This document shows positions 37,053-46,693 of a stretch of DNA of 64,000 bases, in pieces. The notes under the pieces were generated by a model, which was given only the letters and a program-made list of their open reading frames with translations, had not been told where the DNA came from and made no database searches. Both the position numbers and the translations under genes were made by a program. Numbering within the stretch: the first letter of the stretch is position 1; each line of letters begins with the position of its first letter. Source of the DNA: Candidatus Spechtbacteria bacterium RIFCSPHIGHO2_02_FULL_43_15b (GTDB lineage Bacteria; Patescibacteriota; Minisyncoccia; Spechtbacterales; HO2-43-30); NCBI GenBank assembly GCA_001819985.1, contig MHOE01000025.1, forward strand, positions 5,738 through 69,737. Direction: 5' to 3'.

Positions 37053-38444
37053 ATGGCTAATATACTCAAAATAAAACAACTTATACTCCTTGGCGGCGAC
37101 ACTATACTTATGATTTCTTCGCTTCCCGCGATGCTTTTTATTTCATTCCAGCAAACTCTAACCCAAGAAATTTTTGCCGCCCATTTTTTTCCGTTTTTGG
37201 GAATATACGCCCTGCTTATAATAGTATTCTACATAAACGGACTTTACGAAATACGCAGTTTTGCCCCGAGCTCATCGGTCATAGCAAAACTTGTCATATC
37301 TCATACTTTGGGGTTTGTATTCGGTATAGTGATATTTTACTTTTCGTCAGATCCGCAAATAACACCTAAGATTAACCTTGCGTTAAACATAGCGATTTCT
37401 TTCTCGCTGGTAAGCGCATGGCGTATTGTTTTTCAGCGTTTTATCGCCCAGCATCTTAAAACAAATGTCGCGATAGCCGGAATGAACGAACACGCGAAAG
37501 AACTAGCTCGCATAATAAAAGCGCGGCCCTATATTGGGTATCGACTGAAAGCCGTTATAAAAACCGATGAATTATTGGGTTCGGATTTGCCCGAAGACGA
37601 ATCAGAATATGCGAATATTTTACGCATAGATAAAAACCTTGCTCAAAATTTAATAAATCTCGATATTCAAACCGTTATAACTTCAGAAAATCCTCACGCA
37701 AACCCCTTGATAACCAAAGCATTCTATGAGTGTATGCCATACGGAATAGAATTCCTCGACTTGGCGCAAAGCTACGAAATATTGACCGGACGCATACCAA
37801 TTTCTTACATAACGCAGGCCTGGTTCCTCGAAAACATAAACGAACATCAAAAACGCCTGTACACGAACTTCAAGCGGGTAATAGATCTGGTCGTGGCGAT
37901 TGTTGTGCTTATTGTTACTTCTCCAGTATGGCCCGTTATCGCGTTTTTCATAAAGTTTGACACTAAAGGTTCCGTATTTTACACGCAAGAAAGAGTAGGT
38001 ATAAACAAAAAGGTTTTTCGACTTATAAAATTCAGGTCTATGGTGAGAGATGCGGAAAAAAATAAAGCCGTATGGGCGCAAAAAAATGACCCGCGCATAA
38101 CGCGTATTGGAAAATTTCTTCGACGCACGCATATTGATGAGCTCCCTCAAATGATAAATATAGCAAGAGGTGAAATATCTCTTGTGGGCCCGAGGCCCGA
38201 AAGGATCGAGTTCGTAAAAGAACTTGAATCCCAAATACCGCACTATAATGTCCGACATATCATAACTCCGGGATTCACGGGATGGGCGCAGGTAAATTTC
38301 CGTTACGCCCGAACTCCAGAGGATACCTATGAGAAATTCCAATACGATCTTTACTATCTTAAAAACAGGTCGATAATTTTGGATATCGCGATAATATTAA
38401 AAACGATAAGTCTTTTATTCAGAGGTGAAAAAAATGGAAAATAA
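37053..38444 (+). CDS. Priming undecaprenyl-phosphate sugar-1-phosphate transferase (WcaJ/WbaP-like)
   Basis: 4 N-terminal TM; KRVID, KFRSM, DPRIT..GKFLR...DELPQ, SLVGPRPE, PGFTGWAQV, DLYY. Confidence 0.93.
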   Translation: MANILKIKQLILLGGDTILMISSLPAMLFISFQQTLTQEIFAAHFFPFLGIYALLIIVFYINGLYEIRSFAPSSSVIAKLVISHTLGFVFGIVIFYFSSDPQITPKINLALNIAISFSLVSAWRIVFQRFIAQHLKTNVAIAGMNEHAKELARIIKARPYIGYRLKAVIKTDELLGSDLPEDESEYANILRIDKNLAQNLINLDIQTVITSENPHANPLITKAFYECMPYGIEFLDLAQSYEILTGRIPISYITQAWFLENINEHQKRLYTNFKRVIDLVVAIVVLIVTSPVWPVIAFFIKFDTKGSVFYTQERVGINKKVFRLIKFRSMVRDAEKNKAVWAQKNDPRITRIGKFLRRTHIDELPQMINIARGEISLVGPRPERIEFVKELESQIPHYNVRHIITPGFTGWAQVNFRYARTPEDTYEKFQYDLYYLKNRSIILDIAIILKTISLLFRGEKNGK

Positions 38445-40341
38445 ACGGATTATAAAAATAGCGGACAGGATTATAGGGGAAGATTATCCCGTCTACATAA
38501 TCGCCGAAATCGGCCTTAATCACCAAGGCGATACTAAGCTTGCCAAAAATCTAATTGACATTGCTAAGCAAAGCGGAGCTGATTGCGTCAAGTTTCAAAA
38601 AAGATGCCTGGAAAAGGTCTATAAGAAAGATGCCCTTCTAAATCCCGAACGGCAGGAGCACGGAATAGAATATGTGCTTTCCCATATCAAAAAAACTGAA
38701 CTGTCCGATGAGCAAATGAAGGATCTCTACCAATATGCAAACAGCGTGGGTATTGAATTTATGTGCAGTCCCTGGGATGAAACCAGCTTAAAATTCCTGT
38801 CCAATCTTAGCGTTAACGCGTACAAAGTTGCCTCCGCGGATATGTTTAATTTGCGTCTTATTGAAGCTATAAACAAACTTAAAAAACCGATGATCATATC
38901 TACTGGAATGTCTTTCGTATCGGAAATAGAAGAGCTCGTTCGTTTTCTTAAAAAAATAGATGCTCAATTTGCGCTTCTGCATTGTAACAGCACTTATCCC
39001 GCCCCATATCACGACATAAATTTAAATTTCTTGAAAGTTATGCGCCAAAAATTCGGATGCGTTGTGGGATATTCCGGCCATGATAGAGGCATATCCGTAA
39101 GCCTTGCCGCGGTTGCTATGGGCGCAAGCATAGTTGAAAAACATATCACCATAGATAGAAATCTTCCCGGACCGGATCATAAAGCAAGTCTCGAACCTGA
39201 TGAATTTAAGAGTTTAGTCGCTGAAATAAAAAATGTCGAGAAAGCAATGGGGGAGCCCACGCGTTATCCGTCGAGAGGAGAATACTTAAACAGGGAAACG
39301 CTATCTAAAAGTATAGTAGCCGCCAATAATCTAAAAATCGGCCAAATACTCAAACAGTCCGACATGGAAATAAAAAGCCCCGGAAAAGGAGTCAGCCCCT
39401 TGAAAATAAATTATTTTGCCGGAAAAAAATTAACCAAGAGAAATATAGAAAAAGATGACTACATACTCGAATCAGACATTAAAACTTCGCGGAAACGCAA
39501 AACTGACAATCTCGGCATAAAACATAAATGGGGCGTTGTGGCGCGCATGAGCGATATAGATGAAATGATTGCCTGCGGTTCGGATTTTGTTGAGCTCCAT
39601 CTTACGGATGTTGACATAAATCAGGACAAAACCTATCGAAAATCGTACGACATAGATATGGCCCTTCACGGACCCGAATACAACAGAGATATTCTTATGG
39701 ATTTATCCAGTATGGATGGGGTCATCAGAAAACAATCTGTCGATTTTTTCAACAAAGCACTCGAACACGCAAAAAAATTGAAACCTTTGTTTAGGAATAA
39801 AAACGAAAACGCGAAATTTGTGGTGCATCCCGGCGGCATGAGCATGAATGCTCCCCTCTTCGACAAAATCGAGACGCTTAACGGCAATCTTCGAGATTCG
39901 TTATCTAAATTAAATTCGGACGGATTCGAAATACTGCTCGAAACAATGCCCGGAATGCCGTGGTATTTTGGGGGCCAGTGGTACCACGCTTCATTTATGG
40001 ATGCTGATGAAATAGTTGATTTTTCGAAGAAAACAGGTTTTGGAATAACGCTGGACCTGTCGCATTCCGCGCTCTACTGCAATTTATACAAAAAGGATCT
40101 GGAGCAGTTTGTAAAAACTATACTTCCTGTAGTCCGGTATCTTCATATTTCAGATGCCGCAGGATTCAACGGCGAAGGTCTCCAGATACAAGACGGCACA
40201 ACGGATTTCAAAAAAATATTAAAACACCTATCCGAAACTGACCTATGGTTCCTTCCTGAAATATGGCAGGGGCATAAATTTGGCGGAGAAGGATTCATTA
40301 CCGCAGTCAGAAGGCTTAAAAAGATAGACCCTGATTTTTGA
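38434..40341 (+). CDS. NeuB-family nonulosonic acid synthase + SAF domain fused to a xylose-isomerase-like TIM barrel
   Basis: IIAEIGLNHQG, VKFQKR, LLHCNSTYP, GYSGH, EKHIT, DHKASL; C-terminal ETMP, DLSH, HISDA, PEIWQGH. Confidence 0.9.
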   Translation: MENKRIIKIADRIIGEDYPVYIIAEIGLNHQGDTKLAKNLIDIAKQSGADCVKFQKRCLEKVYKKDALLNPERQEHGIEYVLSHIKKTELSDEQMKDLYQYANSVGIEFMCSPWDETSLKFLSNLSVNAYKVASADMFNLRLIEAINKLKKPMIISTGMSFVSEIEELVRFLKKIDAQFALLHCNSTYPAPYHDINLNFLKVMRQKFGCVVGYSGHDRGISVSLAAVAMGASIVEKHITIDRNLPGPDHKASLEPDEFKSLVAEIKNVEKAMGEPTRYPSRGEYLNRETLSKSIVAANNLKIGQILKQSDMEIKSPGKGVSPLKINYFAGKKLTKRNIEKDDYILESDIKTSRKRKTDNLGIKHKWGVVARMSDIDEMIACGSDFVELHLTDVDINQDKTYRKSYDIDMALHGPEYNRDILMDLSSMDGVIRKQSVDFFNKALEHAKKLKPLFRNKNENAKFVVHPGGMSMNAPLFDKIETLNGNLRDSLSKLNSDGFEILLETMPGMPWYFGGQWYHASFMDADEIVDFSKKTGFGITLDLSHSALYCNLYKKDLEQFVKTILPVVRYLHISDAAGFNGEGLQIQDGTTDFKKILKHLSETDLWFLPEIWQGHKFGGEGFITAVRRLKKIDPDF

Positions 40342-40380
40342 TATTGACTAAATGGCATTTTTATTCAATAACATAATGGT

Positions 40381-41427
40381 ATGGAAAAGACCAAAATAGC
40401 ATTGATTACAGGATGCACGGGACAAGATGGATCTTACCTCGCGGAATTTCTGCTTAAAAAAGGGTACGAAGTTCACGGTATAAGAAGGAGGAGCAGTATA
40501 GCAAAACTTGATAGGCTAAGCCGCATACACTACGGCCCCCATGCAGAAAGAAACAAATTTTTTCTTCATTACGGAGATATAACCGATTCCGCAAGCATTA
40601 CCCAGATAACGAAAAGGGTTAAACCTGATGAAGTTTATAATCTAGCCGCCCAAAGCCATGTTCGGGTGTCTTTTGATACTCCGGAATACACCGCAAATAC
40701 TGACGCCTTGGGTCCTCTTCGCGTACTAGAAGCAATACGAACATTGGGGTTTGTACGGAAGACCAAATTTTATCAAGCGTCAACAAGCGAAATGTTCGGA
40801 AACCCGCTGGAATCCCCTCAACACGAAAATACTCCGTTTTTTCCTAGGAGCCCTTACGGCATAGCAAAACTGTACGCGCATCTCATCACGGCAAATTATC
40901 GCGAAGCTTACAATATGTTTGCTTGCTCGGGAATACTATTCAATCACGAATCTCCTCGCCGAGGCGAAAGTTTTGTAACAAGAAAAATAACTCAAGCGGC
41001 TATCAGGATAGTAAGGCGAAAACAGGACAAACTTTATCTTGGAAATCTTTACGCCAAACGGGACTGGGGATACGCAAAAGAATATGTCGAAGCTATGTGG
41101 CTCATGCTTCAGCAAAAAAAACCAAAAGATTATGTTATCGCCACTGGAGAAAACCACACAGTTAAAGAATTCGCAGAGCTTGCTTTTAGAGTACTCGATA
41201 TAGACATAGAATGGCAAGGTCAGGGAATATCCGAAAAGGGAATAAACAAAAAGAATGGCAAGATTATCGTTGAGATTGATCCATATTACTTTCGCCCCAC
41301 AGAAGTTGAAAATCTTGTCGGCAACGCCTCGATGGCGAAAAAAGAACTTGGCTGGGCCCCCAAAACAAAGTTTCAAAAACTTGTCAATTTAATAATGGCA
41401 GAGGAAGTAAAAAATAAAGACCTTTGA
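40381..41427 (+). CDS. gmd: GDP-mannose 4,6-dehydratase
   Basis: ITGCTGQDGSYL, YNLAAQSHV, QASTSE, PRSPYGIAK, FNHESPRRGE.FVTRKI, RDWG. Confidence 0.96.
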   Translation: MEKTKIALITGCTGQDGSYLAEFLLKKGYEVHGIRRRSSIAKLDRLSRIHYGPHAERNKFFLHYGDITDSASITQITKRVKPDEVYNLAAQSHVRVSFDTPEYTANTDALGPLRVLEAIRTLGFVRKTKFYQASTSEMFGNPLESPQHENTPFFPRSPYGIAKLYAHLITANYREAYNMFACSGILFNHESPRRGESFVTRKITQAAIRIVRRKQDKLYLGNLYAKRDWGYAKEYVEAMWLMLQQKKPKDYVIATGENHTVKEFAELAFRVLDIDIEWQGQGISEKGINKKNGKIIVEIDPYYFRPTEVENLVGNASMAKKELGWAPKTKFQKLVNLIMAEEVKNKDL

Positions 41428-41441
41428 TATTCGGACAGTTG

Positions 41442-43784
41442 ATGAACAAAAATTCTCCAAAAAATCCAATAAATATTCTTCCTTCGCATTCGAAAAAGAA
41501 ATGGGTTATTTTTTCTGTTCCATTGGTTGTTTTATTCATTACCATACCCGCCGTATTTCTAAGGCCATCAAATCAAACTCTAGTAAAAATGTTTACTAAA
41601 CTCGATGAAACTCCGCAGATACAGGAACTAGCATTTAACATTCTTCAAGCCCGAACATCTCTTCAGAAATCAGCAAATATAATACATTTTCCGTATTGGT
41701 TCAAGGAAACAAAACTGCCGGTTTACAATTTATTTATAGATCCGGACGACATAAGGATCATGGATGATATCCTCCCGCAAAATATCTTTTCCGACAATCT
41801 CGATGTCGAAAATCGCGTGTTTGTAAATGCCGTTTTTCAATCAGGCGATTTTTTAAGCGAAGCTGATGTTAGGTATAGAGGCGCGCTCAATAGCCATTGG
41901 ACTCACGCGAAAAGATCCTTACTTATAAAATTCCCGGGGGACAAATTATTCCAAAAAATGAAAGCGATTGACATAATAGTTCCGCGCGACAGGGCCTATC
42001 TTATGGAACTCGTAAATAATTCGCGCCTTAAAAGAGCAGGTCTTGTTTCCCCGAATATGTTTTTCGCTTGGGTAAAAATCAACAACAAAGACGCGGGCGT
42101 TTATCTAGTTAAGGAGAGATTCTCCGCGGGATGGCTTGAAAAAAATTCCATAGCGCCTGACAGCGAAATTTTTTCTCAAGTAACCAGCGTGGACAAAAAT
42201 ACTCCGTATATTGATTTCAATTTGTATGAATACATAGCATGGACAAGGGAAATCAACCAGACAAACCAGCATTTTGAAGAGCTTGAAACTTTGTTCTATC
42301 TCTTTCGGCAGTCCGATGAAATTTTCTACAAAAACATAGCGAACATCCTCGATCTTGAAAAATGGTACGGAGCTATTGCTATGAATATTCTCGCGGGCGG
42401 TTCGCACTCAATGGAAGCGAATCTCAACCTGCTGTTTAATAGCGTAACCGGAAAATTAGAACCGCTTCTTGAAGATATTCATATTTACGAAGCGGAACAT
42501 AACGGCGACCCCAGGAAAGCGTATCTCACTTTTGATCCGATAACAAAGCGCATCCTTGAAAATCAAAAATTTTACGAGGATTACCAGAAAGTTCTTTTGA
42601 AAACGGTTTCAGAACAAAATCTTAAAGCGGATCTTGAATTATACGACCAGCTGTACGAACAAATGAAACCCGAATTCTACAAGGACCAGACAAAATACAA
42701 GGGGGATATCAGGGTGGATATCACAATAAAGGAAATGCGGGAGTGGATAATGCTAAATTATAAATCCGCCCAAAAACTCGCGAATCTGGACAAATTCCCA
42801 AAATTCGATGACATATACAAGGACTTGGAAGATATGCTTGACCTTAGCAATCGTATGGGTTTTGAAAATTTTTATGATATATCCCTTTCAAAATCCGAAT
42901 TCATGAAAAAATACCCCGCGTTTAGAATATTCGGCGACAATATTGTCTTACCCAGAGGAATTTACGCTATCAATGAAACCGTAATCATACCTCAAAACAC
43001 AAAGCTTATAATAGAACCCGATGTGAAAATTTATCTCGGCGAAGGCGTATCCGTAATATCCTACAGCCCGATAGAAGCCGTTGCGCAGTCATATAACCCG
43101 ATAATTATAAATAGCGCATACCCTGATAAACCGTGGGGTGCGGTAGCAATAATAAACGCAAACGAAGCAAGTAAATTCCAATATGTCTCGATGAGTGGAG
43201 GTTCGGCATCGGAAGGGATAAATGGTGTTACATTCACGGGAATGCTTACCGCTCATAATGCTCCTCTTTATGTATATGATTCCAACTTATCGTTTGATAG
43301 AGATGACGATATAATAAATGTTAAGGGCTCTACTGGAGAAATAATGAGATCTAAATTTTATGACTCTATTGGAGATGCTGTTGATCTAGATATGACGAGC
43401 GGTTTTATAGTTCAGGATAACTATTTCTATAACATCGGCACCAAACAGGTTCAAGGAGACGCGATTGATATTTCGTTCAGCGACGCTCTTGTAAAAAATA
43501 ACAAAGTTGATAAATGCTCCGATAAGGGTGTGAGCATTGGGGAGAGGTCAAACCCAACAATAACTGGAAATATAATAGAAAACTGCGTTATGGGCATAGC
43601 CGTTAAGGATGAATCCTCGGCAATGATTGAAAATAATGTGCTTTCGCATAATTTGATAGGTCTTTCCCTTTACCAAAAAAAGGACATATTCGGAGGCGGA
43701 ACCGCGATCATAAAAAATAACACCATAGAAAACAACGAAAAAAATTTTGATATAAGTAAAAATTCCACTATACTAAACCCTTAA
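41442..43784 (+). CDS. Membrane-anchored CotH-kinase-like protein with C-terminal right-handed beta-helix
   Basis: N-terminal TM; RYRG...HW...KRSL.IKF, INNKDAGVYLVKE, N...LEPLLED; repeats GDAVDLD, GDAIDIS, DKGVSIGE, GIAVKD. Confidence 0.8.
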   Translation: MNKNSPKNPINILPSHSKKKWVIFSVPLVVLFITIPAVFLRPSNQTLVKMFTKLDETPQIQELAFNILQARTSLQKSANIIHFPYWFKETKLPVYNLFIDPDDIRIMDDILPQNIFSDNLDVENRVFVNAVFQSGDFLSEADVRYRGALNSHWTHAKRSLLIKFPGDKLFQKMKAIDIIVPRDRAYLMELVNNSRLKRAGLVSPNMFFAWVKINNKDAGVYLVKERFSAGWLEKNSIAPDSEIFSQVTSVDKNTPYIDFNLYEYIAWTREINQTNQHFEELETLFYLFRQSDEIFYKNIANILDLEKWYGAIAMNILAGGSHSMEANLNLLFNSVTGKLEPLLEDIHIYEAEHNGDPRKAYLTFDPITKRILENQKFYEDYQKVLLKTVSEQNLKADLELYDQLYEQMKPEFYKDQTKYKGDIRVDITIKEMREWIMLNYKSAQKLANLDKFPKFDDIYKDLEDMLDLSNRMGFENFYDISLSKSEFMKKYPAFRIFGDNIVLPRGIYAINETVIIPQNTKLIIEPDVKIYLGEGVSVISYSPIEAVAQSYNPIIINSAYPDKPWGAVAIINANEASKFQYVSMSGGSASEGINGVTFTGMLTAHNAPLYVYDSNLSFDRDDDIINVKGSTGEIMRSKFYDSIGDAVDLDMTSGFIVQDNYFYNIGTKQVQGDAIDISFSDALVKNNKVDKCSDKGVSIGERSNPTITGNIIENCVMGIAVKDESSAMIENNVLSHNLIGLSLYQKKDIFGGGTAIIKNNTIENNEKNFDISKNSTILNP

Positions 43785-43817
43785 ATTTGGATCTATACAT
43801 TCAAATTTTAACGAAGC

Positions 43818-44564
43818 ATGGAAAACAATTTTTTTAGATTTGAATTCAAATATCCCATACCCAGATACTTAATACGAAATTTTGAATATGATTTAATTAG
43901 GTTTGGTTTTTCCAGGGACACATTCAATATCGGGGAAAAATATTATGTTTCTAGCGTATATTTTGAAACTCCGGGTGCCGCCGATTACTTTGATAAATCC
44001 GGAGGATTTCTGGATAGAAAAAAAATCAGGGCTAGAATATATCGAGATGCCCTTACTGCGGACGAACCCGACAAGCCCTCGATTTGGCTTGAAATAAAAA
44101 AAAAGCATGACATGATGATTTCCAAAAATAGGGTATGCGTAACTCCGCGCGAATGGGAAAATTTCCTTTCGTCGAATCAAAGAGGTTACAGGAAAATATC
44201 CGAGCGACTTAATGCTGAAGATGAAAAAATATTGACTGAATTTGTCTTTTGGACTACATATGAAAGAAGGAAGCCCTATGTGCTTATACAATACAAGCGG
44301 CGCGCTTTTCATAGCTTTACCGGCGGTGAGCGGGTAAGAGTAACCATTGACTATGATATAAGAGCTCAAAAGGGCGATAAATTTTTAACCAACCCCTCAA
44401 CTGATGTAAGCCAACATGGCGCTGTTATTGAAGTAAAATTCCGAGAAAAACTTCCCTGGCAGATAAAATTTTTGCTGTCTAAATACAAACTAAGCAGAGA
44501 TTCTTACTCTAAATATTCTAAAGGAGTTGAGGCTATGAGAAAATTTTATCCGATATATCGATAG
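43818..44564 (+). CDS. VTC-domain (polyphosphate polymerase/TTM superfamily) protein
   Basis: RFEFKY, VSSVYFET, RKKIRARIY, LEIKKK, Y.RRAF, RVTID, IEVKF, SKY. Confidence 0.9.
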   Translation: MENNFFRFEFKYPIPRYLIRNFEYDLIRFGFSRDTFNIGEKYYVSSVYFETPGAADYFDKSGGFLDRKKIRARIYRDALTADEPDKPSIWLEIKKKHDMMISKNRVCVTPREWENFLSSNQRGYRKISERLNAEDEKILTEFVFWTTYERRKPYVLIQYKRRAFHSFTGGERVRVTIDYDIRAQKGDKFLTNPSTDVSQHGAVIEVKFREKLPWQIKFLLSKYKLSRDSYSKYSKGVEAMRKFYPIYR

Positions 44565-44646
44565 GTTTTAGCTTTTAGATGTCAGGTATTAGACGATCGT
44601 TTCGCCGTAATCCCTAAAACCTAAAACCTAGCACCCAAAACCTAAT
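44562..44646. repeat. Heptamer inverted-repeat element
   Basis: TAGGTTT TAGCTTT TAGATGT CAGGTAT TAGACGA ... CCCTAAA ACCTAAA ACCTAGC ACCCAAA ACCTAAT; begins at the VTC TAG stop and ends at the next ATG. Confidence 0.8.
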
Positions 44647-45324
44647 ATGCAGCCACTAAACTATTTTTCTTTTTCTCCGACAGAAGTAAGCATGGCTGTT
44701 GTACTGTTCAATATTTTTCTTGCTACGGTCATAGCTTTCGCAATCGCGTATGTGCATAAATACACCCATACTGGTCTTTCATATTCCCAGTCCTTTTTCG
44801 CGACTTTAATTCTTGTTTCGATTATAGCAAGCGTCGTGATGATGATTGTCCAAAATAATGTATATGCCGCTTTGGGATTGCTTGGCGCATTTGCGCTGAT
44901 AAGATTCAGAACGATAATAAAAGAAACCAGGGACATCGCATTTTTGTTTTTTGCTTTAGCGGAAGGTGTTGCGATGGGCCTTAGTCATTACGCGGTTGGA
45001 ATAGTTTCAGCGATCATAATATCCGCCGTTGCTTACGCCATATTTAGGTTTAACTTGGGTTCAACTTCCGACAAAAAATTTGTGCTTCTTTTGACATCGA
45101 AATTGCCCATTGATCAAGTTGCGGTAAACAGCCAGCTCAAAAGTGAAGGGCTGAATCTTTCTATGTTAAGCAGTAAAAAACGCCAAAATGACTTTTATGA
45201 ATACACATTTTCTCTTTCGGGAAAGAATGTCGGCTCTGCCGATAAGATAATAAGTAAATTCGCCTCTTCCCTATCCATAACGGAATATGATCTTGTAAGC
45301 GGAAGGGAATCGATAGAATACTAA
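44647..45324 (+). CDS. DUF4956-family membrane protein
   Basis: YSQSF, LGLLGAFALIRFRTIIKETRDIAFLF...G.A.G signature; soluble ACT-like C-terminus. Confidence 0.88.
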   Translation: MQPLNYFSFSPTEVSMAVVLFNIFLATVIAFAIAYVHKYTHTGLSYSQSFFATLILVSIIASVVMMIVQNNVYAALGLLGAFALIRFRTIIKETRDIAFLFFALAEGVAMGLSHYAVGIVSAIIISAVAYAIFRFNLGSTSDKKFVLLLTSKLPIDQVAVNSQLKSEGLNLSMLSSKKRQNDFYEYTFSLSGKNVGSADKIISKFASSLSITEYDLVSGRESIEY

Positions 45325-45403
45325 GGTTGCTAGATTTTAGATATTAGGTAGGTGTTAGTTAATCGCCGCATCCTAAAACCCAAAACCTTCAGCCTAAAAC
45401 CTT
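45322..45403. repeat. Heptamer inverted-repeat element
   Basis: TAAGGTTGC TAGATTT TAGATAT TAGG TAGGTGT ... TCCTAAA ACCCAAA ACCTTCA GCCTAAA ACCT. Confidence 0.75.
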
Positions 45404-46643
45404 GCTCCTCAAATCAAAGGCATATAATCTCCTTCGAAAAACTCAAAAATATACTCGTACTGACAATGTTTACCTTTTTAAGAGCGGTTTTTGGCTTACG
45501 CTACCGAAGGCAGTTTCGTTTCTAAGCATACTTTCGGGAATCGCTTTCGCCAATCTTGTATCGAAGGAAACCTACGGCACATATCAGTATATTTTATCCA
45601 TTCTTGGCATATTAAGCATCGCCACTCTTCAGAGTATGAAAACAGCCGTAGCTCAAGCGGTAGCAAGGGGCTATGAGGGATCCGTAAAGAAGGCTGTCAT
45701 TTCCAAAATAAAATGGGGGCTTTTAGGAAGCGTCGGCAGTATTTTGTTTTCCGCCTATTATTTCTACCATGGCAACGCGACGCTCGGCTGGGCATTTGTG
45801 ATAACAGCCGCGCTTCTTCCATTTCTAAATCCTTTCTCGCTCTATGCCGCTTATCTTGAGGGGTCAAAAAATTTCAAACTGCTAAGCATTTTTTCGATTC
45901 TCTCGACTGCCGTATCCATAGCCGCGATAATTGTAATACTATTTATAACTGATAATGTTTTACTCATAATACTCGGGGATCTCTTAGTCGGAATAATTGT
46001 GGCATTCGCGTTTTTCAATATTGTCATAAAAAAATTCCCTCCCAACGCCAAAGAAGACCCTAAGACAATACCGTTCGGAACTCGCGTTAGTTTGATAAAG
46101 ATAATCCCGACAATAGCGAGAGAGCTTGACCAAATAATTATTTGGCATTTTTTAGGAGCGGCGCAAGTCGCTATTTACGCCTTCGCCCAGAAAATACCAA
46201 CCCAGTTAAGCGATAATCTAAGCGTTTTGAACCAGCTTGCGTTCCCAAAAATGAGCGCGGCTTCGAGTGATGACCTGAAAAAAAACCTCCCTAAAAAAAT
46301 AATACGCTTGTATGCTATGATAATCCCCCTAGGAATCGCCTATATTCTGTCCGTTCCATTTGTGTTCAAAATTTTCTTTCCGCAGTATTTAGATTCTATT
46401 TTATACGCTCAAATTTTTTCGTTTTTCATATTTTTCTTCCCGCTTTCATTTATTAGCCAAACATTTGACGCGAAAATGCAGGAAAAAAACATACTGATAA
46501 CAAGTATATTCTCGCCTACTCTTAGGATAATACTGCTTCTCATACTTACTCCAACTATTGGAGTAATGGGCGTCGTCCTAACTCGCCTTATAAACTCTTT
46601 TGCCACTAATTTGCTCGCGATATTTCTTTTTCTAAAAAAATAG
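45402..46643 (+). CDS. wzx: Oligosaccharide flippase (Wzx/PST family)
   Basis: About 12 TM; YGTYQY, LDQIIIWHFLGAAQVAIYAFA, AFPK. Confidence 0.85.
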   Translation: MLLKSKAYNLLRKTQKYTRTDNVYLFKSGFWLTLPKAVSFLSILSGIAFANLVSKETYGTYQYILSILGILSIATLQSMKTAVAQAVARGYEGSVKKAVISKIKWGLLGSVGSILFSAYYFYHGNATLGWAFVITAALLPFLNPFSLYAAYLEGSKNFKLLSIFSILSTAVSIAAIIVILFITDNVLLIILGDLLVGIIVAFAFFNIVIKKFPPNAKEDPKTIPFGTRVSLIKIIPTIARELDQIIIWHFLGAAQVAIYAFAQKIPTQLSDNLSVLNQLAFPKMSAASSDDLKKNLPKKIIRLYAMIIPLGIAYILSVPFVFKIFFPQYLDSILYAQIFSFFIFFFPLSFISQTFDAKMQEKNILITSIFSPTLRIILLLILTPTIGVMGVVLTRLINSFATNLLAIFLFLKK

Positions 46644-46693
46644 TTTCTAGCTGTAACTGATTGACTATGTTAATGTTTATGGTAATATAGTAT

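Noticed and set aside
37683-38342. Long antisense ORFs (e.g. 37683-38342, 2365-2988, 48787-49383, 56893-57474)
   Set aside because: They are shadows of well-supported genes on the opposite strand and show no recognisable motifs
44562-44646. CCCTAAA/TTTAGG units resembling plant telomere repeats or a CRISPR array
   Set aside because: Units are degenerate, few, inverted and lie between bacterial genes; there are no constant 25-40 nt repeats with unique spacers and no cas genes
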